NCBI GenBank assembly: GCA_951406725.2
Contig: OX597814.1
Span: forward strand, 81,716,001 to 81,780,000
Direction of reading: 5' to 3'
DNA length: 64,000 bases
DNA from: Octopus vulgaris
Taxonomy: Eukaryota
This document shows, piece by piece, positions 38,926 to 49,618 of this stretch; within the stretch, counting starts at the first letter, position 1; each line of letters begins with the position of its first letter. The position numbers and the translations under genes were made by a program. Under the pieces are notes generated by a model that did no database searches, was not told the origin of the DNA, and saw only the letters and a program-made list of their open reading frames with translations.

Positions 38926-40823
38926 CTATTAGCATCTAACAAAGAACATTAAGAATGAACTTAAAATATATTAAAAAGCAAAAATTCATAAATACCTATC
39001 AGAAGGAAAGGAAACATACTGAAGGATTATTGACAGGCTATATTCTCTTTTAGGTTAATTTCTATTGTTGTTTGGCATGGTTTCTATGGTTGGATGCTCT
39101 TCCCAAATCCAAATGACGTCTTTACAGCATGTACTGGGTGCCTTTTTTTGTACCACTATCACTAGGTTGCCATGCAGCTTACAAAACTATGAACCCTAGG
39201 ATGGGGTGGTGATAATGTTATTCTAAGAGAATGAGTAGAGAAGGGTGAAGTATGAGAAAAGGGCCAGAGCAAAACAGGTTTCTTGCTGTAGAGGAACTAC
39301 ATGACTACTCACATTTTACAAGAGAGGGTGGGGGTGATCAGGTGAAGCTAAACACTAATAAAAAAAAATAGTAGTGATGAGGTGTCAGGGTGGACCTTCA
39401 AGGTATAAAATGGGTAGGAATGAGTGGGACAGATAAGCTAGAAGTGGGTGGAGTAGGGGATGTCTGAAAGTGTGGAGCAACAGAATAGAAATGATGATAC
39501 AGTATACAAGACAATGAAAGAGAGATGAGATGCTGTCGGATAAGTTGCTAGAGAGGACAGGGAAGAGTGAGGCTGCAGTGCTGCAAATCTTTCCTAACAC
39601 TACATTTACTTGAGACAATCTACCAATCTATGCTGTGCATCTACAACAAAAACAAAACAGCAGCAGCATCTGAGAAAACTAGGAATGGTCTGTGTCAACA
39701 AGAACTAAAAATGAATTGTGATATAAAATGGAAGGCCCTGCTCAAAACATCACCACTTACCTCTCCACATGGTACATGAACTGATGTGTGTCTATTTAAA
39801 ATATTACTTATATTACCAAGTCATCACAATATTGGGTTTATAAATAAAATCCATTTTGAATATATATACACACACATATATATTAATCTTTACTTCTGAT
39901 ACTTTTAGAATTTTATAAATTGAGAAATCACTTCTACTGATTCTACTTGTTATTCCAGAATAACAAACATTAAAAGTGGCTATATGGAAAGAACAGCAAT
40001 AAACCAAAATAATTCAGTACAGATAGCAAACTGTCACATTTTTCAAGGTAACTGATGTTATTTTTATATCTTAATGACTTAAGTAATCTCTAGCCAATGA
40101 AGATATGGAAGAAATAATACTAATACTAAAAACAACAATAATAAAATTAACTTTTCCTTTCAAAATTTAATATCAATTGCTTAGGCTTTTATATTAAAAC
40201 CATTTCTGACAGATTTAAATTAGAATGTTTTAATAAAAATTGTGTTATTTTCCTTCAGATGAGAGCTTTTAAACAATACAATTATTATTTTAATCGGAGA
40301 GTTCCAAGTTAAAAGTAAAAAGATAATGCTGGCAACCATAATTATTAGTCTAGATAAGCTGAAGTTATATTTAGTTCATATTTAGCAACAAGTACTGCAT
40401 TGTACTCCAGGAAGATAAAGCTTACCCTCTTTCCTGAAGTACAAAGTTAGCAAGTAATATCTGCATAGTGGTGTTGTAGTTTAGAGCCTAGTCAGCCCTG
40501 ATGGAGCAGATCAATGATTAAAAACATTCAAGAGGAAATATCTTGCAAAAATGGGGCCTGATTGGAACTGCTTGATAGATCACCCATGAAAACCAAGGAA
40601 TATACTGACAAATGGTGAATGCAACAAAATGCTGCAATGGCACGTGCCCTCACACCCGCTCTGAGTATATTATAACCAGTGGTTCTCAATGTATCATAGA
40701 TTCTTTCAAAAAAATAAGTAAAGGATTTATATTTTAAAGCTTCAGTATCTTGAAAAATATGTTATTATTTTGTTATACACAAACATGATTAATAATATAA
40801 GTTTATCAATAGTTTGCTATATG

Positions 40824-41050
40824 AGGTGGTATCAAAAAGTTCCCAAACCAGTTGCATTTAATAAAAATAACTTATTTACGTAAGTTTTAACATCACCTTT
40901 GAAATAGTTATATTGCACAGCAATACACCAGTCACAGTATTCCTGACACTTGGAATCCAGTCTAGAAGTAATTTTCCATAAGCAAGTTAAAGACCGTCTG
41001 TGATTTGCTCTGAATCTTGACAATTGTTTTAAAATGGCAACCTTTGACCT
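40824..41050 (-). mobile_element. Mariner 3'-end fragment with TIR
   Basis: TA|TGAGGTGGTATCAAAAAGTTCC is a TIR. The minus strand reads KGCHFKTIVKIQSKSQ...CDWCIAVQYNYFKGD, the mariner C-terminal W..CI..QG.YFEGD motif. Confidence 0.75.
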
Positions 41051-41352
41051 ACATATATATGTTTATACAGAAGAAACGAGGAACAACAAATCCCCATTCC
41101 TAGATACCCGCTTAATCACAAAGAGATTAAATTATATTGTATTGTCTACCTTGTGCACAGGATAGTTTGAGTAAAGTTCAGAGAATCTATAGGAGATATA
41201 AGATTAGAAGTGTATCCAAAAGTAACACCAGACTTCACAGATTCACAAATTTAAACCTAGAAGGTGCATCTGTAAGTTCCTACATATATTTGAGGAAGAT
41301 CTGAATGTGTTAATGAGAAACAAAAGTTTTAAGAATGACTGAACATATAAGT

Positions 41353-41715
41353 GCAGGCATGGTTGTGAGGTTAAGAAGCTTGCTATGCAACCATGTGGTT
41401 TTAGGTTCAGTCCCACTGTGTGGCACCTTGAGCAAGTTCTTCTACTATAGCTCTGGACTAACCAATATTATGTGAATGAATGTAGCAGACAGATAGTGTA
41501 AGGAAGCCCACTGTGTGTGTGTGTGAGTATTCTTTCTTCCTTACTACTTGACAAATAGTATTGGTTTGTTTGCTTCCTTGAAACATAGCGGTTTGGCAAA
41601 AGAGAGAAATGGAATAAGTACCAGACTCAAATTCTGGGTTCAACTTTTTGACTAAACCCTTTAAGGCGGTGCCCCAGCATGGTCACAGCCCAACGACTGA
41701 AATAAGTAAAAAGAA
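41353..41715 (+). mobile_element. Family-A SINE, full length, diverged
   Basis: GCAGGCATGGTTGTGAGGTTAAGAAG...GGTTCAGTCCCACTG...GGCGGTGCCCCAGCATGGTCACAG...GACTGAAATAAGTAAAA. Confidence 0.85.
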
Positions 41716-42290
41716 AGGATATATAGTGCAAGAAAGGAAAATGTACAACAATGAAATAGAATTTCTGAAACAGTGGAAACTTGAAAAACTATTAATTAAA
41801 GAAGTAGTATATATGTTTTCCTATAACTCAATCAGTAATCCTTGTACTAACATCAGCTTAATTTTTCAAGTCAGTGTAAGATACAGAAGTATAAATTAAT
41901 ATATCTGAATTGTGTATGTGTGTGTATATTTATAATCTAAGTGTGTAGATTGCTGAGTGGAAAGGGAACAGGAAAATTATGAAGTCAGCTGTCCATAACT
42001 TGTCACTATCAAAGCTTTGTGTCCTTGGCATGACAGTTGACCTCTCAAATTGTTCAGTTCATTTAGCTTAAAATATTTACTGCAAGGTAGGAAGAATTTT
42101 TTGCTAATATAGGAAGTTGCACTGTAAAATCAATAAGCAGTTTGTCATCTTGTTGTGCCAAGTTCAATTCCTCTTGTGGTTACAGCTGGCATATGACCTA
42201 GTTTCTACTGTTCTCATTTATTATAAGTCAATAAAGTTATTCATTTACTTATTTCATATTGCAACTTGTGAAAAAATTAGTTTAGTATCA

Positions 42291-42669
42291 TCTCTTCCCT
42301 CTCTATATAAACGGCAGTTTGTCTGTGTGTGTTTCTGTGTGTCTGTTTGGTTGTACCCTCACCCTGACCACGGCTTTCAACCGATTCTGATGATACTTGA
42401 CACACACATAGCCCAATGTCATAATTCAAAACTAACGCAGCGAAAATTTTGAAAAGTTCCCCCAGTTCTGAAAAAAATCGATAAATTCGACATGGGGTCG
42501 AGAATCAGAAACCCAAACCACAGACTGTCTAGGGGACGCAACTCGACCTTTTTTAACTCTCAAAAAAAATTTACCATCATTTTCCCCCCATTTTTTGGCT
42601 ATAACTCTCTAAAAATGCTTTATAGTTATTTCCCTTACAAACCTGAGCAACGCCGGGCGATACTGCTAG
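42291..42669 (+). mobile_element. Young non-autonomous Helitron (about 380 bp)
   Basis: Inserted between A and T with no TSD. It has 5' TC, a subterminal hairpin CCTGAGCAACGCCGGG and 3' CTAG. It is CpG-rich relative to its flanks. Confidence 0.82.
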
Positions 42670-43596
42670 TTGATTATAAATTCCTAATGAGTCAATCATG
42701 GAGGAGTTTAAGACTGGCTGACAGTGGGAACTGTCACTGGTGACTTGGATCTTATAGTAGAACCTGTAGGAGATCTGAAGACGAAAATTTTAGATATGAA
42801 AGTAAAGCCTGGAACTAAAATGTCTTAAACTAAACTTAGCAAAAGACTAAAGTTTTGTGACAAAAGAAAGTTGACAGGATCCGGCAACTATAAGGAAAAC
42901 AACTGTGTTCAGTATACCAGAAAAACCAATGTAATTTATGCACTTTTTTTTTTTGCAAAAACACAAACTTTAGTGGGTGTGTAAATTACATGAGTAGATG
43001 ATTTCCAGAATCTTTTTAGAAACTTCTTTTTGTTGAAAAATGATGTACAAATATAAACATTTGTACCGGAAGTTGACTCATTTAATGACGAAAAAGGTTT
43101 TTACAGAAAAAAATATAATCAAGTTGACTTTTATTTATGCTAGACAATATAATGCTTACTTTTTCTGTATAAATTTACTAAAACCTAAATGGTTAACTAC
43201 TTTTTGAAGCTTGACATTCATGCTGGTAATCACGATCCAGGCCATATTTTACTGCATCTAATGGTGATGACATCATAATTCATCCTTGAGCATGTAAACT
43301 CACTAAGTGAATATGACTTAGCGTTCCTACAGAAACCTTCTTTTACCTTATACAATGTTTAATGTCATTTCACATTCATGCTGAATTATGCAGCAATCTT
43401 ATGTTCTCTTCATAAAGCACTAGTAAAGTATGTGTTACCAGTTTTTTAGGTATAGTAGATTTTTGCTATTCTTGTTTATATCTTCTCACAGACTTGTATA
43501 TTCTAACAAGTCACTGCTTAAATTTTGCACCTCTCTTGTTCAATAAACACTGAGTTAAACTTGCAAAGCTGTTTATTTTCTTTTGATTTTTGATGT

Positions 43597-44975
43597 TTGA
43601 GGGTTGGCAATGAGTACAGTGAAGAATTCCAGGTAGAGGTAGGAGTCCACCAAGGTTCAGTCCTCAGCCCCCTCCTATTTATCATAGTCCTCCAGGCAAT
43701 AACAGAGGAATTCAAGACAGGATGCTCCTGGGAGCTCCTCTATGCTGATGATCTTGCTCTAATTACCGAGTCACTATCAGAACTAGAGGAGTAGGTTCAG
43801 GTGTGGAAGCAAGGATTAGAATCGAAGGGGCTTAGAGTCAACCTAGCTAAAACCAAAGTCTTAATAAGTAGGCAGGCAGACAAACCACAAATTCCTTCAG
43901 GTAGATGGCCCTGCTCGATTTGTAGAAAAGGTGTGGGTAGAAACTCTATAAGATGTACCCAGTGTAAGCTATGGACACATAAGAGGTGCAGCAATATCAA
44001 AGGAAAGCTAACTGGGAAGATAGTTTTTGTATGTGGCAGATGCTCGGGAGCAAGAAACACTGAAAATGTGCAGAGAACAACTTCTGCTACATTCCAGGGA
44101 AAAAACTAAAAGTAGTTGACAGCTTCTGTTACCAAGGTGACCAAGTCAGTTGTGGGGGTGGATGCTCTGAAAGTGTAGCTGCTAGAATAAGAATAGCCTG
44201 GGCAAAATCCAGAGAGCTCCTACCTCTGCTGGTAACAAAGAGCCTCTCACTCAGAGTAAAAGGTAGACTATATGATGCATGTGTACGAACAACCATGATA
44301 CATGGCAGTGAAACACAGGCCGTGACTGCTGAGGACATTTGTAAGCTTGCAAGGAATGAAGCCAGTATGCTCCGCTGGATATGTAATGTCAGTGTGCATA
44401 CACGACAGAGTGTAAGTGTCTTGAGAGAAAAGTTGGACCTAAGAAGCATAAGGTGTGCAAGAGAGACGATTGCACTGGTATGATAATGTGGTGAGAATGG
44501 ATGAAGATAGCTGTGTGAAAAAGTGTCACACCCTAGTGGTTGAGGGAACCTGAGGAAGAGGTAGACCCAGGAAAACCTGGGATGAGGTGGTGAAGCACGA
44601 CCTTCGAACATTAGGCCTCACCGAGGCAATGACTAGTGACCGAGACCTTTGGAAATATATTGTGCTTAAGAAAACCCGGCAAGCCAAGTGAGACCATAAC
44701 CCGTGGCCTATGCCAGTGGTGTAACTTATGTGTACCTTTCTTTCATTGGACACTAAACTCTGCTTGTGAAGACCTGTTGAGGCAAGTGAAATTGAAATCA
44801 AATTTGCTGACGTGGCCGATGACAGCACTGCCTGACTGGTATCCATGCTAGTGGAACATTAAGAGCACCATCTGAGCATGATCGTTGCCAGGGCCGCTGA
44901 CTAGCTCCCGTGCCGCTAGTATGTAAAAAGCACCATTTGAGCATGATCATTACCAGCGTCGCCTTACTGGCACTC
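43597..44975 (+). mobile_element. 5'-truncated RTE-clade LINE: RT C-half, PHD-type finger, C-terminus and a 3' UTR with roughly 65-bp tandem units
   Basis: VGVHQGSVLSPLLFIIV...ELLYADDLAL...GLRVNLAKTK, then CSIC..CTQC..H..C..CGRC, then ARIRIAWAKSRELLPLL...GRPRKTWDEVVKHDLR. Only a few stops and frameshifts. Confidence 0.93.
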
Positions 44976-44979
44976 ATCA

Positions 44980-45330
44980 GAGTGAAAAACTGCATGATGC
45001 TAATATGCAAAGTGAGATGTTGCATACTAATGAAATGTGGGGCCATGGATACAGAAAAATTGTAAAGACTAGTAAACAATGAAGTAATTATGCTTTGCTG
45101 GATATGTAATGCTAGTTTGTATGAATGAAAGAGTACAAATGAACTGAAATAAAAGCTGGATATAAGAAGAGTGATTTAATATGCAAAAGAAAAGACTGTG
45201 TCAGCAGGTGCATGAGGTGTATAAAAAAAGCACCAAGCATTAAAAATGGATGAAACCTATGGAAGGGGGAAATCTACAAAGATATGAGCTAAATGACTGC
45301 AATGATTGGCAATACGCAGCAGTGGCAAAG
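44980..45330 (+). mobile_element. Older, more decayed RTE fragment; its 5' part probably lies at about 42760-42925
   Basis: ...LHDA..Q..MLHTNEMW...NEVIMLCWICNAS parallels 44260-44440. The 42760-42925 segment resembles the sequence just after YADD (L.LN.AKTK). Confidence 0.55.
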
Positions 45331-46020
45331 AGAACTTACATGCATGTAGCACTAGTAAAGAGAACACTTATACAAGCATAGCAAAAAAAACACTAAGTCT
45401 GGTGTAGTGACGGAGGCTAGGATATTCTCACATCCCCTTCCATATCTGTGACATCCTGCCTCTCTTTCACCAACCCTCTCCCCACACACTACCAAATCTA
45501 TCTTTTTATCATGCACTCCCACAAACACCATTCACAATCACTCTATCCTGTCATCCATGTGGGATAGCATGGGATCTCCCTCTACTCAACCCATCACATC
45601 ATTCTTAATATTCTACTGCCCTCTCTCTTCCACTAACCCTTGGCACAACTGTTTCCTTTCCATTACTCACCAGCATTGTGCCCTGTTATCTATGTCACCC
45701 TTCCACATAGATAAATTCTTTTCTCCCATCATATGTTTTGCTCTCATTATCTCACTATACATTCAGCTTATGTCATCATACCAACCTTCCTTCTATTCTT
45801 CCCCTCAGAGGATGTGGGGGGCTCTTTAGTATAGTTAGTTAGAGACTGTGCTGGTACTACAATAAAATGCACTTAGTGTGATCTGTAAAGTAATTTGTGT
45901 TAGAAAGGGCATCAAGCAGTAGAAACTATGCCAAAACTGGGATGTGCAAGCAAGATGTGATCCTCCAGACCTGTCTAAGAGGCTCTAACTCAGGCTATGA
46001 TAATCTGCTCAACATATAGC

Positions 46021-46300
46021 AGCATATAAAAATGGACATAAAATGATGATATATTTACTATATGCAGGCACATATATACATGATGGGTTTCAATACAGTT
46101 TCCATTTAATTCCCTTCACAGGATATTGGTCAGCCCAAGGTCATGGCAGAAGACACAAACACCAGTATATAAAATGGACATAAAATGATATATGTATACA
46201 CACACGCACAATATGACGGGCTCCCCCACAGTTTCCATCAACCTAATTCCCAACATAGGACATTGGTCAGCTCAAGGTTATGGTAGAAAACTTACTCAAG
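46021..46300. repeat. Diverged tandem duplication (unit of about 140 bp) of an RTE-tail/SINE-A junction
   Basis: ATATAAAA(A)TGGACATAAAATGAT...CAGTTTCCAT...TTGGTCAGC(C/T)CAAGGT(C/T)ATGG(C/T)AGAA occurs twice in succession. Confidence 0.7.
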
Positions 46301-47162
46301 GTACAATACAGTAGAGTAAACCTGGATGGAATTGGATTTTCAGTAACTTGCAAAACAAAATGCTGCTATGACTTGTATCATTACATTCAATAATTAAAAT
46401 CTATCTATTTCTAATAATGATTGCTGTTGACAATGTAGGGTTTGGCACAGTCCTATCAAACCTCCTATCAAACTACCAAACTCATGCCAGTATGGAAAAC
46501 AAATGTATGATGATGATCATACGTATAGCCCCAGGTTAGTGCTAGACCTATGACTCTCAATTGGCCAACTGACAAAGTGCAATCCACACATCTACAGCTC
46601 CAGTTTAGCCAAGCTATCTAATAATGCATTTTTAACAAAAGCAGAGTAGGTTACACAGGAGGTAAGTATGTAGGTATATATGTACAAGGGAGTTAGTGAC
46701 CTAAAGTCTGGAAACCGCTGATAATACTCACTCACGTACAAATTTTATTCATGTTTTCAAGTGATCAATAAATTTTGGGCTTGTTTTCAAATAGTCATAA
46801 AAATTTCTGTACTCTGACATTCACCCCACCAAAAATGCATTTTTAATAGCAAAACAATATTTAAAAATGTATCTGCTTTACAGACCATTTGGGCAGTGCA
46901 TTGTGTTCTTGAGCAAAATGATTGCTTTCAGGTTGATCTGCAATCACTTTGACCTTTGACATGTGGTACATCATACACCTATGCAGTCAATGTTAATTTG
47001 TTGGAGATAGTAAGCTCATGAACTGTACAAACACTTGATGACTATAAACAAATCATCTGTGCAAATTGTTTAGCAAGAAATTGCAGAATCGTCTTTCTTG
47101 GTCTCAAGAGATTATCAATAAATCAATGCCTATATATGTAAATATATATATATATATATATA

Positions 47163-47486
47163 ACTGGCACTCCATTGGCTGTGATGATGAGGGTTCCAGT
47201 TGATCCAATTGATGGAACAGCCAGCTGTGAAATTAACATGCATGTGACTGAGCACTCTACAGACACATGCACCCTTAATGTAGTTCCCAAGGAGACTGAG
47301 CATGACACAGAGTGCAACAAGTTTGGCCCATTGAAATACAGGTACTACTCATTTTAGCCAGCTGAGTGAATTGGAGCAATGTGAAATAAAGTGTCCTGCT
47401 CAAGGACACAATATGTAGCCAGGAATTGAACTGCCGACCTTACAAACCATGAGCCAAATACCCTAACCATTAAGCCACATGTCTTC
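47163..47486 (-). mobile_element. SINE with head type 2 plus body C
   Basis: The body is the same kind as 2824-3000, but the head (CAGCTGAGTGAATTGGAGCAATGTGAAATAAAGTGTCCTGCTCAAGGACACAA on plus) matches family D. Confidence 0.83.
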
Positions 47487-47495
47487 ATATGTATG

Positions 47496-47539
<44 letters not shown>

Positions 47540-47773
47540 TAACACATGTGAAACACCTGTATGGTGGTGCCAGTGATATGTTAAAGGCATCAGTGCTGGT
47601 GATACATTAAAGACACCCAGAACATTCTGTGGAATGGTTGATGTTCGGAAAGGCATCCAGGCATAGAAACCAAATGAAAACGGACTGGAGCCTGGTGCAG
47701 TACTCCGGCTTACCAGTTCCAGTCAAACTCTGATACCAGCATGGAAAACGGATGCTAAATGATAATGATTATG

Positions 47774-47814
<41 letters not shown>

Positions 47815-48779
47815 AGCAAGTTATGGATAGATAACTGTAAAAGCTATTAAACTGTGAAAATCTTAGGCACTTCAATATTATTAATAAATTTTACTCTATT
47901 GTATAGGGTTCGCACACATTCGGAAATGACACACTAGATAAAATGGGATTAGTCATCTGTTCACATCTAACACAACAATATTCATTGTGACAATGACAGA
48001 CTAGTAACAAAAGAATTTAGATTAGCTATGTCAGTGGAGCATTACTGCATTATTTCTGTAAAGAACTCATTAGCAGCAAAAAAACCCACTAACAGAAATA
48101 CATCGTGTCAGTATATAGAATTATAACATTCCACATATCTATCTTTCTCACTCACTATTCCTGTGTTTATTATAATGTAAGGGGAATAATTCTTTAGTCT
48201 ATTTAAACAGGGAAGTGCCCCACCACCCATGAACAAATTATTTGATTACTAAAATGAAAAAAAAAATAACCTTAGACATTTTAATATTTGATCTTTCCTA
48301 AACTTCATTGTTGTTAATTAGCTCTAGGTGAGTTCTGATTGAGTAATTCCGTGATTAAAAGCCATATCAATTCCATATTTTCAAACAGTTTTTCTCACTA
48401 TCCAATGCTCTTTACATTTTTTTTTTTTAAAGATGGCAGAGATTTGGATGTTATTTATAAGAGATTGAAGAACCAGGTGGAAGCTCCAATGTTTTATTAC
48501 ATGTATGGAAATACGATGTAGATTAAACTATTCAAACCTTAGAAAACAAAGTAACTATAAAGAAAATTAATCACACATTGACGTAAAAAGCACACAGTAC
48601 ACTCTGTAAAGTAGGTAGTGTTAGGAATCTTGGTATGGCTTCTGGCTTTACCAGCTCCTGTAAAACCATCCAACCCGTGCCAGCATAGAAATTGCATCTT
48701 AAATGATGATGATGATGATGATGACAATGATTATCTTAATAACTGGCAATTTGAGTGCAACAAAAACAACAAAAAAAAG

Positions 48780-48960
48780 AGCCTTTCTGTAGTTGCTTGA
48801 CCTGCTAGAAATAGGAATCAAATCATACCCCGCTGTAATAAAGCAGAAAGGACAAATTAGATAATATAGTCCTAGAATGGAGCAGGGAGACAAGATCATG
48901 GCGGGAATGCTTTTGACTATAATTCTACACCATCAGGAATGACCTGGGGCTAAACAAAAC
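48780..48960 (+). mobile_element. Short dispersed repeat family F (old SINE-like), representative copy
   Basis: GACCTGCTAGAAATAG...GGAATGC(C/T)TTTGA...GACCTGGGGCTAAACAA. Other copies are near 7260-7430, 11210-11350, 12815-12960, 19970-20170, 55050-55240, 57890-58050 and 62800-62985. Confidence 0.7.
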
Positions 48961-49134
48961 CTATGGTGGCAAAGCATGGGAATAATTACCATAGCAGCAC
49001 TTATTTTGGCTCCTCTCAACATTAGAAGTTCAAATCTTATTGTACTTCACTTTACTTTTCATTTTCCGTCTATAAAGTAATATAAAGTTACTTGACTATA
49101 TGCTCCCCTTACAAAAACAGCCTTATGCTTATAA

Positions 49135-49381
49135 GAAGTCAATATCATAACAACAAAACAAATGCAGTTTGGTTAACCAACATTAGACATATTTATCATG
49201 GAAACAATCAGGTGAGAATTCAGATGAGCCATAGCAATATTCAGCCTGGTCACTGATTTTCCAATATATACCGGAAACAGGACACCAAAACCTGTTTTCC
49301 AATAATTGCTGAATAAATGACAATCCTTTTCTCAAACGTAAAGCAAAAAAAACCTATACATATATGTGCACAGATCTATGC

Positions 49382-49434
<53 letters not shown>

Positions 49435-49456
49435 TTATATATACATATATATATAT

Positions 49457-49505
<49 letters not shown>

Positions 49506-49586
49506 TACCTTTAGTCAAGTTTAGTCAACAACTATAATTTTCCTTAATGGAAAAATTAATATTGCAAACAACTGTTTTTATTTATT

Positions 49587-49618
<32 letters not shown>

